Source: Utricularia gibba (Eukaryota; Plantae; Magnoliophyta). Taken from it: a stretch of DNA of 64,000 nucleotides. Below the pieces are notes generated by a model. It was not told the origin of the DNA. It saw only the letters and a program-made list of their open reading frames with translations, and did no database searches. Of the stretch, positions 50,901 through 64,000 are shown piece by piece; position 1 is the stretch's first letter; each line of letters opens with the position of its first letter. The translations under genes were made by a program, and so were the position numbers. The DNA lies in the NCBI GenBank assembly GCA_002189035.1, contig NEEC01000002.1, positions 3,472,001 through 3,536,000 of the forward strand, written 5' to 3'.

Positions 50901-52057
50901 CTAGAAAATATTTCCATTAAGGAAAAGTTGAACGTAAGTAGCAAAATCCTCAAAGAATTTGCCGAAAACTACTCACACTCTGTCGATAGGAATGCTTGAT
51001 AGAGGGTACATATAGCTAATTTTTCATATTCATTTTAAATATTCATTTTTATTGTGATTTTAATGATCATTTAACCATAAAGTTTTTAATATTAACCATA
51101 AATGTACCAAAATATTTGAACTTTACTTCAAGTATGCCTATCGTGGAATCCGCCATCTCAATAGCACGAATCTAAAAAAAAAAAAGAGGAAAAGAAAAAT
51201 GAGAAGTTATAAGAAAATAACTTGACAAATCAATATATTTGAATCCTGGCGGAGGTGAAGATTTTTTTTATGTCAAAAAGCAATGTTAAGAGATAACTCT
51301 GAAATTGGTTCATAATTTGGAAAATTTTATGGTATCAATTGCATGATTCATAAATTACATTTGATGTAAAAGCAATAAACATTTAAATTCATTTAGAAAA
51401 TAAATGGGTGTGTGTTAATGAAAGGTAAAGGCACTTTGAGCGTCTATATGGATTTGTTTTATGAGTTGGAAGAAGTTATGGGGCCTTAAAGATAATAATT
51501 CATCATTTATATTTTATTTATATGAAAATTCAAAATTATGTTATCATAACCACCTTCAACACCACAGATGTAGGTGTTGTCCCAAAATAATACAATCTTG
51601 TGTTAATGATCTGATTAAATGGTGGTGACATGAGGCTTGATAAGCATATATTCCTTTAAATCCATATGATTGAGTTGGGGTCAGGCCCACCACTTCATTC
51701 TCTCTTTCTTTCTTTTTCTTTTTTTTTTTGTTTGCTTGTTAATTACATGTGTTTATCGTGATTTGGCTCAATCTCCTCCTCCTCATCAAGAATGATTGAT
51801 TGGAAATGTCATCGTGAGTGAGACATTTGGCGATTTACAGTAAACTTTAGATCTGTTAATCCAAATTATTAGTAGAGTGGTGACGGTTGCTGGTTTTCAA
51901 TCACCCGCGCACTACAAAAAAAAAAAAACAAAGACATGACACTCACCAACGTATCTTTGTATGGATGGATGTATGTATCCTCCTCCTCCTGACATGCTTC
52001 TCTACTCTTTTTTTTTTTTTTTTTTATTTATAGTGATCGGAATCAGTATCCTTCTTC

Positions 52058-53146
52058 ATGGCTGCAGACGCTAAGCTTTTTATTCTTTGTATATTCACTC
52101 TTTGGTCGGCCGCCGCAGTTCAGCCACCGTCGCCGGACGTCTACCCCAGCTCCCAGTTCCCGTCACTCAGTTTTGACACTGCGTTTAGAAACCTGTGGGG
52201 ACCCAGTCACCAAAGAGTTGATACCAGTGGCCTCACCATCTGGCTCGACCGGAGCTCAGGTTTCCCTTAGTTGTTACCTTTTTTTTTTTGAATGGATTGC
52301 GTATGTTTGTGTTACGATGTAGGAAGCGGTTTCAAGTCATTTCGGCCGTTTGGATCGGGGTACTTCGGAGCATCCATCAAACTCCAGTCGGGTTATACTG
52401 CTGGTGTCATCACAACTTTATATGTAACACCGTCCCTCCCTTTCCGAATACTCCTCCTCCATCTCTCAAACCAAGTCCTTGTTTTCTTTTGAGCTTTGTA
52501 GCTATCGAACAATGAAGATTATCCAGGGAACCATGACGAAATCGACATCGAGTTCCTCGGTAAGACGTTCGGAGAAGCCTACACCCTTCAGACAAACATC
52601 TATGTGCGAGGCAGTGGCGACGGCAGGTTGATCGGGAGAGAAATGAGATTCCATCTCTGGTTCGATCCCTCTCAAGAGTTCCATCGCTACTCCATCCTGT
52701 GGACTCCTAGCGACATCACGTAGGCGCACCCCCCTCTCCAAATATAGCTTCATATACTCTTAATGGCTGACTACTGTTAACGGTGATCCAGCTTCTTCGT
52801 GGATGATGTTCCCATAAGAAACTACCCCAAGAAGAGCGCCTCGACATTTCCTCAGAGGCCGATGTGGGTGTACGGCTCCATATGGGACGCGTCGTCATGG
52901 GCTACCGACAACGGCAGATACAAGGTCCATTACCGGTACCAGCCATTTGCTGCACACCTGAAGGATTTCAAAGCGAGCAGTTGCAATGGGCAAGGCGTGT
53001 GCCGAGCGGACGCCGTATGGGGGGGCGGCCTGACGGGGCAGCAGAGAGCGGCCATGCAGTGGGTGCAAGCCCGGTATCTGGTTTATGACTACTGCAGGGA
53101 CAATTCCAAGGACCATTCGCTGACGCCAGAGTGCGGCTGGCGTTGA
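52058..53146 (+). CDS. XTH32: Xyloglucan endotransglucosylase/hydrolase, group III-A (XTH31/32-like). Exons 52058-52259, 52323-52423, 52502-52719, 52792-53146
   Basis: Signal peptide, WLDRSSGSGFKS, GH16 catalytic motif [30 protein letters not shown], and the C-terminal YDYCRD...LTPEC. Confidence 0.94.
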
Positions 53147-53825
53147 TTTTTCAACGCAGATGTACCAGTCTGTGGGTGACTGATGTGAGCTGCTTCTCAT
53201 TCCCTGTCTTTCCATACGGAGCCAAAAACATAACACCACCACCACCTCATCATTGCACTTCCGAGCCTTGAAAAAGAAATATTGGATGTGTCTGCTCCGT
53301 CGACACACACACACACACGGTGGCATCATTAAAGCAAATCAACAGTGGGTATCCTTGAATCTTACCTGAAAAAAATGGACAGCAAATCCATCGTTACACT
53401 GACACAGGACCTACCACTTGTATGCTCGATGCGGTGAAGGAAAAGGATGCTCCAGCAAGTTTCCTACACCAGCCAAGTGGAGCTTTCGATGAACAGGAAG
53501 ACCTATCCTCCACCGTCAGCATGCACAGCAGCCAGGGGAGCAATACATACATAATGACGAAGCCTAACCAAAACAAAAACTATTCTGGTTAATAACCTAC
53601 TCCACAAACTGGGCCCTTGTTGATCCAATCCTCCCTTGCTATGCCAGTGGGGATGGATGACCAAGAGATACACGGCCAGCTGCAAGTACAAAAGTCATGC
53701 AGGACGCTTAAAAATTAACCAACTTGCGCATTTGAAGAGTCTTCTCTATCAACAATCATGAAGGACGGTTATACTGCATAAAATGCATAAAAAAACTAAT
53801 TAAAGTGTGAAGAAGAAAAATACCT

Positions 53826-56800
53826 TCAGGATAGCTTGGCTGTAAACAGTTTCATGGTGTCGTTGGATAGACAACCAAGTATTCCTACACTTGAGAGACC
53901 TTTGAACTTGATGTCAAGAGCAGGGGATTGAAGTTCAATAAAATCAGCAACTGTAAGAGATGGGAGCTCTTTGAACCTAAGTTGACATGTAAGCTCATCC
54001 ACAGAAGCAAATACAGGATTCTCATAAACTCCATCCACTATAGCAGATTTTGGCAGTCGCATAGCATTGACAGTTGAACAAGTTTGTTTAAGCTTTTGGT
54101 ATGACCCACAACTTTTATCGTAAAGGACATGAATCCCAGGAACTGGCGTAGTGGCTGGAGTGATTATGGATTCAGATCCTTCAATCTTAGCACGATATGA
54201 GGCAACAATATGGTTACTCAAATTGGAATATGAAACCGATATACAGACACCTTCAGTTCCTGATTCAGGGATAAAATATGGCCTGTACAGGGAATAGATT
54301 GTAAATGAGACACAGGAGAAAAAAGGGCAATCAAACTCGCAGAATGGCAGTCAAGGAAAACGTGCAAAGGATAGCAGAAAAAGATAGAAATCCTCATACT
54401 GGGAAATTTCAGCATTTGAGTTGCCGAATGGTGCTGATATGGCCAGAAACACTTTTAAAGACAAGCAGGAAAATTTTCAAAAAAAAAAAAATTACTCCTA
54501 CTATAACCAAAGTGAAAAAAGCTGATAGACAATACTGCTGGAGAAAATACAAATTAATGGCAACGGTGACTTTCTGTAGCACAATAATGACACGTACATA
54601 CATAAATAAAAATGCAATGGAAAAATTCCTAAAAGTAAACAAATGTGTGCTCATAAGTATCTGCTTTCTATTCTGCTCGTAATTAAAAAATATGTGGTTT
54701 ATCAAGTCTAAAAGCTTTCAAGCATTCAGAGACAAAGAAACGTTACAACATTGCCTTTGCTCATTGCCACCGAAATTCCATTGACACAAGCCAACAGAAG
54801 ATGCAGTAAGAATGCTTCTGATGCTAGAACTCATGCTAGGACTAGTTGAAAAGGAATGAAGCGTATGGATAGGATTGGTTGGCATTCCAGCCATGCATTC
54901 CACAGATGCTGCAGTGTGGCGCATGTCAAATTGCATCACGGTGCCATTCTGTGGCGATTTAACTAGTTAGGAAATACAATTGGTGAAGAGACAACAAAAA
55001 TACGCAAATTCTAAGAACCTGCAAGCCCGTGTATAGATAATGCGAATTGCAAATATCCCATGAACATGACCAAGAAGCAGCCTGACAGTTTCATATTGCA
55101 ACTAGCACGTAAGTCTAAAAGGTAAAAGAAAAAAAATAGAAATGAATTTTATACGTGAAAAAATAAAACAAATGAAAGTAAGGATTTATACCGGCAAATT
55201 ATAAGTGAGAATGGTGTTGTTGCTTTCTGTGCTGACAAACAGATTATTGAACAATGTTAACCAACTCCAAAAATAACTCATTGTTTCAGAGGAGATATAA
55301 TAGATGTGAGAGGTAGAGGAGTCACCTAAGAACTGACAACTTCTTCCCCAAGGACGCCAACAACACAAGTCTATCATATGGAGAAGCCTGAACGTCCTTG
55401 ATAGCTTTTAAGTTGGGAGGAAGTGGGATATCCTCCATCGCATGATTAGGAGAAAAACCTACCTGCAAAATACTGGTAGTCAGCCACCATACAGCAGTGG
55501 CATCATAATACTTCAATCACTTGAATCTGCTATTATTATAATGCCTTTAAGTGTGGCAACCACAGGGTAAACAATAGTTACACTACATACAACACAGTAA
55601 GCTTTACTTTGGTTAGGACATGAGCACCTCCACACACTGGAAGCCTCCTGGCAACCACACAAATTTGACTTGAAACATCAATGTCAAATATTCGGGCACC
55701 TTCGACATGAAAATCCATCTATAATGTCAAGACCAAGTTCATCAGTTATTTAATAACGATTAAAATACAAATGCCATAAAATTCATACAATTTAGAACAG
55801 AGGCATCGTTTGCTTTGCATATCTATGGCCTTGCCAATGAAAGTAATGAATAAGAGAGATGATACCTGCAATGAAAATTCACTTGGACGCCTTTCCCCCC
55901 AAAAATTAGGTACTGTATCAGGTCCCGCATTCAAGAAAGAAAAAAAGAAATAAAGGATTGGCACATTAGATTACATCCATCCACAATAAATATCTTATTG
56001 CACAGACATACGGATGTGTGGTTCTCTTCGATAAGTGTAGGATAATGTTGATGTGCCCAATGTACTGACCGCCCCACCGTCTAAAAGATGCTGTAACTCA
56101 CGATTCCTCTAAATAAAATGACACTTATTATCGTAAGTGAAATGCGAGTGATATGCAATCAAAAAGTGCAACATGTATTCATTAAGAAAATAGTTTCGGT
56201 AAAAGCCATTACCTGAGTCAGCAAGCAACTCCTGAATCAAGGTTTCTTAGGAATAATAGATTTTTTTTTCAAAAAAATGAATTCTTTGTCAAAATTGATT
56301 CACTCAACACATAAAGATCTTTGTATATTAGTCTGTAATAGAAGAGAAGAAAATGAAACAAAACGCTGGATGGTCTGCTTCTACAGGAATGCATGAAAAT
56401 AGAGTGTGCAATTAACATGAAGGAAGATAGTGACACCCAAACAAAATCACAAATATGAACCTCTTTCTCCGATTTCAGTTGATTTTGCAAATCAGCTTCT
56501 CTTTTCTTCCATTCAGCTTCCCTTTTTGGCCAATCCGCACTCTAAGATGTGTCCACCAAAGGAAGAAAATGTTCAAACACAGGATACAAAGGAAACAGGG
56601 ATAAGTCATCTTAACGAATTAATGTTGTTTCGATTTTTTGCCACCACACAAAACATTCAGCTGCCCCAAAATCGCTTGAAAATGATGATACAGTACAAAA
56701 TAAATTACTTGAATCATGAAAGCAGTGGTATAGCAAGACGAGTGCATCTTAATGCCATTTTTGCATTACGATGCAGACAACTAACTATAGAAAACTCCAT

Positions 56801-57805
56801 CGACTCATCTTCAAATACCCTACTTGAATACTTTAAAATTAAAAGACCATAAGTAAAAGAATCACAGGTTCATGCTACTTACAGAAAATAACTAACCTTT
56901 TTCTCTAACGAAGTGCATTTTGCTTCGAGTGACTGCAGCTTCTACAAAATGATTTACAAACAGTGAGATTCGCAGCCTGAATCTACTGAAACTAGACTAT
57001 TCAGTATTTCTTTTGTGCAATCGCGAGCAAGTCGCCACCTTCTGAACTTCTCCATCAACAGCGAGGATTTGGGTTGCATAAAGTTGACGAATATCCTTTA
57101 TTCCACATCTCTTTTTGCACTGGGGGCACTGAGCGATTTGCATAAGGAAAAGTAAGAAACGACAGCATCGATACGCAATCGCCAAAATATGCCAATACTG
57201 CAGAAAAAAGAAATCCTTATGGCTTCCTGGAAAATGAAACATAGAAATCACCTTGCGTGAGCCTTCGCGTCTCAGCCATTTCTTGATACATGATAGCCCA
57301 AATACATGTCCACAAGGCAAACAGCTGAAGAAAAAAAAAGGGCATGAGATTACTGCAATACTGCAAAAAATGAGTGAAAAGATCCTGGAAAAGTAAAACA
57401 GAAAGAAACTACAAACCTGACGCGGTGCTCACCACTTGAAGACCATGCCTCAAGACAAATTGGGCAAACCAATCCATCAATTTCGTCTTGTGAAGCCCGC
57501 CCCGCACCATTCACAAATGTCAATGCGTCCTCACTCCCCTTGCCAGCCCCCACACGTCCCCGGCTTTCAGATTCATCCTCCGCCGCCATAGAGCCACCAC
57601 CATCCTCACTTTCCTGACTATCTACATTGACGACAGCTTGTCGAATCGACACATTGGTAGTAGCAGCGGGAGAATCCACGAAAGTGCCATTACCCACATT
57701 CAACCCCAAGGCTCCCATGAAACTCTCGTCGCCGCTAACTCTTGGCACGTCATGATGATGTTCAGCCGCTTCCTCCTCCGACTCCATCTCCCAACCTTCC
57801 TCCAT
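53826..57805 (-). CDS. RFWD3: RFWD3-like E3 ubiquitin ligase (acidic N-terminus, C3HC4 RING, coiled coil, WD40 propeller), about 13 exons
   Basis: CPICLEAWSSSGEHRV/SCLPCGHVFGLSCIKKWL/CPQCKKR, ASWSCSWDICNSHYLYTGLQ/NGTVMQFDMRHT, and the C-terminal ILGCLSNDTMKLFTAKLS*. ATG at 57805 (the ORF track begins at an upstream TTG). Small exons around 55.87-56.23 kb are uncertain. Confidence 0.88.
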
Positions 57806-58725
57806 AACATCAGTCAAAAGGCCCCTTAAAATGGTGGAAGTAATCAGGATCCATGCACTTGGGTCAGATGTGGTTTGGGAAAGTTGCCGTTGCCGCCGGA
57901 TTCCGCGAAAACAATTATGTTGTGGTAAATTTCGGGTCAGGCCTCAGACCCGACCCATTCTAAGCCCGACGCCAAAAACGCAATGTGAACGAGGGCGAGC
58001 CTTCCGGTGGGGCCCGTTGCTTTATTAATTGGGATTGAATGCATAATGGAGCCAGGTAGAAGACACGAGTAAATCGTTTTCTAAGACACGGGGCACGTGC
58101 CATCACGCGCTCCTTCCATTTGTCATGCTTTTGTTCCTATTTTGGGTTGTCCGGGAAGGAGTCTCTGAATCTGCATTCCACTCCGGTTGACTTGACGAGG
58201 GTCATGATCATCCGGTTTTTCTAAGAAATCAGGTTGACTAGTCGGAAAGGGAGCCTTAATAATTGCAGCATTTGAGTAATTAATTCCACTGAGAGAGTTC
58301 TCTCGCTGGCGTCGCCTTCGCACCATCCTGCAAAAGCCAAAAAGTGAGTGAGTGGTGGTGGTGGACAGCAAGGAATTTAGCACACACCTACTTGCTCAAA
58401 AACAAACTTCACAAACTTGGAGTGGCGGCAGCACCTCATCCAGGTTTCCAGGCATTCGCCTGATTCTTAAGAGATTTCCCATCTGACAGCCCCCATTTTT
58501 AACCACTGATTCACTATCAACTGTTGCAACAAACCTATCTTCTTGTGATCTCCACTCGAAAACCTATCCAAATCTTCCTTCTTTTTATGCGGTGCCCGTA
58601 TGCCGATGTGGGAATGTCGTGTCTGAGAGTTTGTGGATCTTTTTGGATTTCCGCTTTCTTTTTGTGTTTACTAGTGGAGGAGTAATTTGGAGTTCTGTGG
58701 TTGATAAGAAACAGATTCGGTGAAG
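57806..58725. promoter_or_regulatory. Divergent (head-to-head) intergenic promoter region shared by the RFWD3-like and ACR10-like genes
   Basis: 920 bp between the two ATGs. Site-II-like TGGGGCCC at ~58008-58015 and G-box CACGTG at 58094-58099. Confidence 0.5.
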
Positions 58726-60535
58726 ATGGGGATTCTGTTTGATGATGCGGTGATCTTTAAGGAATCGGAGAAAGAAGGAGAGCCCAATGTGATTACTGTA
58801 AATTGCCCAGACAAGACTGGCTTGGGTTGCGATCTTTGCCGAATTATCCTATTTTTTGGTGTCACCGTTGTCAGAGCCGGTGAGTTTTCATCTTTTTTTA
58901 GTTGATTTCCTTTCTCCAAATGCATGTTCCCTTCAGGGGAATGAATGAATATTCACAAATTTTGCTGTCCTCTAGTTTTGTCTTGTGAAGCAAAGGTTCT
59001 AGAGTAGAAATCAGGCATAAAGTTAGGACGCATAAATACTTCGGAACTGTATATGGGGGAAATAGCATGAACTGCAAGTGAAACGTAGTTGCATGCGATT
59101 TACTTGTGTGGTTACAGATTTATCGACGGACGGAAAATGGTGCTACGTGGTGTTTTGGGTCATCGGCAAGCCGAGTTCAAGGTGGGATCTTTTGAAGAAA
59201 CGCCTGATGGAAGCTTGTCCTTCATGTTCGTTGGCCTCTGCAATTTCATGCTACATAGATGAGGAGCAAACTCCTCGGAGTCCTGAGGTCTTCCTCTTGA
59301 AATTATGCAGCCATGATCGCCCGGACCTTTTGCACGGTACACTCGATGTTCAGCAGACCTCATCTGAATTATGGTTATGTCAGATTAGAATTTCTTGTGC
59401 TTTTTCCGGAAGCTGAAAACTTTTCCCATTTGATGGGGTCTTGGCAGATGTGACCAAGGTTCTCTTTCTGCTCGAACTCACCATTGAGAGAGTGAAGGTG
59501 TCCACAACTCCTGATGGGAAAGTGATTGATCTCTTCTACATAACGGACATAAGGTTTTCTCCTTGTGTGTGTTTGAGCATTCACAGGCTTGTGTAAAAGG
59601 CCGAAAAGGTGCTCAATTTGCTAGACGTTCTTACCAGGGAACTTTTGCATACGGATGGCCGAAAGGAGGATGCTTATCACCATCTCAGGGCTGCTCTTGG
59701 GGATGCAATGATCAGCTGTAACATCGAAAAGGCTGGCTCGGAAATTGCTTCTTGCTCCCAAGGGCCGTCGTTTCTCTCGGATGATGTCATTGAAGAGATG
59801 TTCAATGCTGAGATTAGCAACGGGTCTGGAGATAGCGCATCTGCATTGAGATGCCCCTCCATCAAAGTAGATAACTCCTTGAGCCCTTCTCACACACTCG
59901 TCCAAATCGTATGCCAGGATCACAAGGGCCTGCTGTACGACGTGATGCGGACTTGCAAGGATTACAACGTAAAGGTAATGATGTTTCTGCTGTCAAACTC
60001 CGGTGCGCCCCTCTGCTCACCCAGTGCAGCTGATGGTGATGCAGATTTCTTATGGACGTTACACCAAGAAAGGAGACAAGGAATGTCAGCTGGAGTTGTT
60101 CATCATGCAAGCAGATGGCAAGAAGCTAGTTGACCCCAACAAGCAGAGTTCTTTGAGTTACCGCCTACGAATGGAACTCAGTCGCCCTCTCCGAGTTGCA
60201 ATGATCAGGCGGGGCCCCGACGCTCAGCTTCTGGTTGCCAATCCGGTGGAGTTATGCGGCAAGGGCCGACCCAACGTCTTCCATGACATTACAACAGCTC
60301 TCAAAACCCTGAACAGATCAATATTTTCGGTTCGTTACCCGTCCATGTTTCATTTTCTTCGCCTTGCCAAACGCTTCAGCTGACTATTACGGTTTCACAG
60401 GCTGAAATCTGGCGGTACATGATCGGAGGCCGAGAGTGGGAGGTGTACAGTGTTTTACTCGAAGAAATGGAAGGCGGCGGCCCGGTTTCGAAGAAGCGGA
60501 TCGAGGAAGCAGTCTGGAGCAAGCTGATGAGCTAG
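58726..60535 (+). CDS. ACR10: ACT domain repeat protein, ACR9/ACR10 class. Exons 58726-58879, 59118-59336, 59448-59553, 59638-59974, 60045-60329, 60401-60535
   Basis: MGILFDDAVI...ITVNCPDKTGLGCDLCRIILFFG, STDGKWCYVVFWV, KVSTTPDGKVIDLF, QDHKGLLYDVMRT, NPVELCGKGRPNVFHDIT. Matches recalled At2g36840. Confidence 0.93.
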
Positions 60536-61420
60536 TGCCAGTAGAGAGAGAGAGAGAGCTGATGGAACGTGGCACATCATCCGCCATCCAGGCAGCGCCC
60601 CTGTATGCAGGTGTTCTGGATGCTGAACCATTGCTGCTGTTGCTTCCCTGATTTTGTAAAATTGCAAGATCAAGACAACGATGAAAATAAAAAACTAACG
60701 GAATCCGGATATTATTTTGGATTGGCAAAATGTTACCAAAACGGAGCAACAAACGAGGCCCGGAAGCTAACACGAGCCCAAGAATGGCTGGAATTAAACT
60801 CGGCCTCTGTATTCCATTTTTGCCATTCTAGTGTCCTGGAATTATCAGTGTTGTTGGATTACAATAAATTTGTGAGGATATGCAGGGAGAAGCAATAGTC
60901 TTACTTGACTAAAGCAGGTGTTCAACTTCTTTGCGTGTTCCTTGGTGAGGGTCTTCAAATTCATATGAGGTCTAGAAGATATCTAAAATGCCATTGATAG
61001 GCTTTGTTTGAATTCCATGTCTCGATCGGGTGATGATTTTGATAATTTAGTGGGGTACAATGAATTCTGGTTGCTTTGGACCAAACCATTTGTTCACCTT
61101 TATGGAAAGAGATATTGATAAGTTTGTTAGCTTCAAAAAACTAATCTTTGAAGAACCAAAGAGGTTACCATCAAATAGAAGAAATGATCATTAGATTCAT
61201 TTGGTGATAGGTACAAATTCAATCTCCCACAGATTGTACCCTCATCTTCACACAATGAATTGAGATGGAGAATCAAAATAAAGAGTTGTTAAAAAAGAGG
61301 TGTATCAGATCAAGCACCTCTCCTTCCTCTTCTTAAATGCTTCTTGTTGCTAAGAAAGTGTTTCGATGACGCTCGTGTATTAATTATACATGTCTCAACA
61401 ATATTACCATAAAAATCAAA

Positions 61421-62565
61421 TGATAACACATAATTTTGAGTGTTTAATGAGAGGAAAATAATTAATATTTTATTATAAAACTTGAATTTTAATATGTATT
61501 TCTGTGTTTTTATAAATAGCATCATTATTTGTGTATTTTATTCCTAATTGAAACTAAATCATGAATTTAGTCTCAATCTTAGTTCTAATCATTCTCTTAA
61601 ATAATGTAGCACATTTTAACAACCCATATCCCAAAGAACTGAAAAAGAAGAGTAAAGTGGTAGAGACAAAAACTAAAAATGGAAGACATCAAATCCCAAT
61701 ATAGAAAAAAAAAATAGATTTTTTACATAATGAAGAAGAGAAAATATCTTCAATACTTTGAACAAAACACCGTAGAATTCTGGAGAGGAGATTGAGAAAG
61801 AAAAATCGCAAGAACCATGAAAAAGAAGGGAGATGAAGAAGAACTCAACTACACTCGAAGATTTTCTTTTCAGGAATATTGCTCCTAGCCAAGAATAGTT
61901 TTAACTTACTATTTATGTTTATGTTTATGTTTCTTTCCTTATTGATGCACTACAACATAAACATGTTTTGATTGCTATATTATGAACGTATTTCATTTTA
62001 CTTCAATATGAGTGGCTAAATATATGTAATGCTTTGAGATAGAAGGGGATATGCATGATTATTGTTTATTAGACTACATTAGCTTGATAATAAGACCATT
62101 TTCTTATCAAATCAGGGCAAACCCAAGAAGGGAAGAGGTTATGTTCATCATAACAATCTAACTAGAAGTAGACCAAAAATTAGGAAAATCAAAGGTTTGA
62201 ATAAACTTGAATTCTTCTATTTTTAGATAAATGATTATCAAGTTGGATGGTTACATGCAATAATCATCATATCACTATTAGAATCCTCAGGTATTACATT
62301 ACCTTATCCTAGTTAGTGGTCGAATTTGCATGTTATTTCTTTACTGCCTTTTATTGGAGTTTAACATTAGCTCTACTTTAGACTAAATCTTTCAATCATG
62401 AAAAAAACATGTATCAACCTTTATATGACAAGCACGTAGCTCCTTGTTTTCAACTTTGATCCATTATGCTCATATTCTTCGTATAATTGATTGTGAATTA
62501 GGTTATAAAATTATTTGATAGAAAAATTTGCATTTTAACAATATTGCAAAATTTAACGTTTATCA
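61421..62565 (+). mobile_element. Solo LTR, 1145 bp, same family as 37956-39106
   Basis: TGATAACACATAATTTT...AACGTTTATCA. Flanks TCAAA/CCAAG are only a 3/5 TSD match. No PBS follows. Confidence 0.78.
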
Positions 62566-62879
62566 CCAAGTTTTCCTATTTTTACATTTGAAGAACCTAT
62601 AGTAAATTAGATAAAGTTTGATATAATATATTTTCTATATTTTATATTATAAAATTATGATGTTTAATAGTAAATTAAGTCTTTTAATTATGAACTTTAA
62701 TTATTTGTTAATTATAGTAGCATTTTAATTTTTATTCTCAAATATGGACTAAATTAATGATTTAGTTCATATTATATTTTTTAATGTTTTTGTAAGTGTT
62801 GGAGCAATATTAAATCATGTTTAATTTATGCTCATAAAGTCAATGGAGTACGACATATAAGGAAGGAATATGATGGATT

Positions 62880-64000
62880 AATTTAGATGTGTTTTTAGGT
62901 TTAGGTCAAAAGCAACATGAATGTCAAGAAGGTAAACCTAATTTCGTGTTACTATTTCATTTCAAGTCTGCAACAGTAATTGAAGAAAAACTAGACTAGG
63001 ATTTAGTTTTCTTTATGCATCACAAATGTTTTATTTTCTATTTCCATTCATATATGGTTATGAATAGTTATCTAGTTTCAGTTTATCTTATTGTGATTTC
63101 TTATTTCAATATGTGTAGCTAAGTTGTAGTAGATGCCTTAGAGTATACAAAAGTGTAGTTTTAGTTCTTGCTTTTGATATGAATTTCTGTTTTTTCTTGT
63201 TTGTGGATTAGAATTTACTAGATAATCTATAATTGTGCATCGCATTCGTTTCTAACATTTTTCGGATAGAACTAGTAGAATCGAATAGACTTAGTTCTAT
63301 ATATTTTGCATGCAATTAGACTTAAGTGTTAAATAGTGATGACATTAGGGGCTACCTTAGTCAAAAATATAACAAACAATCTAGGAAAACTTAGGTTGTT
63401 TAAAGTGTATATATAGACAAATTGTAGATTAAACTAGGAACTTGAATACCATATCACCTAAATCACTGTTTTGTATTGTTTATTCAATAAATTTTAATTA
63501 TGAAAAATATAAAACACAAATAAGCATAGTACGAGTGTCAATCTCAGGAAGTTGAATTTTGTGAAAAATGTTGTGTGGTAATCTTTTACAAATTGTCACG
63601 GATTTGTAAAAGAGGTTTCAAAACATTGGAATGCAAAATACAACGTAAATAATGGACCTTGACTAAGAAAAACAATTTCTATGAAGGCAATTCCATTTCC
63701 TTCCTTGTCTATTATCATCTCGGCTTTCACTAATTCCTTCTGAATAACTAGCTATAAGAGTAAGAAATAGCCTACTTTCTCTTATATTTTGATAGACAAA
63801 GAGGCACGAGAATAGAAAAGGTCACTACCCATCCATTATCGAAGTATTTTGATCACAACCAATTTACTATCTCTCTCGAACCAATAGGTTTGGAAATAGT
63901 GCTCTTCACCTTGCTCTTCATCAAAATCTGCGAGAAGTGGTCGACTATAATATGATGCTTGCAAATATGTGAAATACGGAAGAAATTCAACAAAGAACCG
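62880..64000. mobile_element. Further LTR fragments. ~63500-64000 belongs to the same family and orientation as the 45185 LTR end
   Basis: AAAACACAAATAAGCATAGTACGAGTGTCAATCTCAGGAAGTTG...CAAATTGTCACGGA matches 46170-46260. The 62.88-63.45 kb part is only generically LTR-like. Confidence 0.6.

Overview
Eudicot plant nuclear DNA, not prokaryotic. Two compact, short-intron gene islands flank a repeat-rich core. Left island (1-15.2 kb): RS2Z splicing factor, chloroplast-type PPR protein, cytosolic tRNA-Glu, WDR20/CreC-like WD40 protein, RING-CH E3 ligase and a CCR1-like receptor pseudokinase. Right island (52-60.5 kb): XTH32-like, RFWD3-like and ACR10-like genes. A plastid sigma factor gene (SIG6-like, 27.4-30.1 kb) sits inside the core. 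The core also holds a rearranged 3.85-kb plastid insertion (NUPT: rps12 fragment, trnV, Prrn, rrn16, trnI 5' exon), a decayed Mutator element with a plant-mobile-domain (PMD) gene, two copia remnants, a truncated Athila-type gypsy element, an intron-retaining GAUT gene fragment and five ~1.1-kb solo LTRs, two of them nested. The most unusual structure is a PIF/Harbinger transposase followed by a 46-bp tandem array and a co-oriented, intron-containing FCP1/NIF-type HAD phosphatase-like pseudogene, where a Myb/SANT partner gene would normally be expected. Four one-base frameshifts in conserved genes suggest uncorrected long-read indel errors. All homology calls come from recalled protein and plastid sequences, not database searches.
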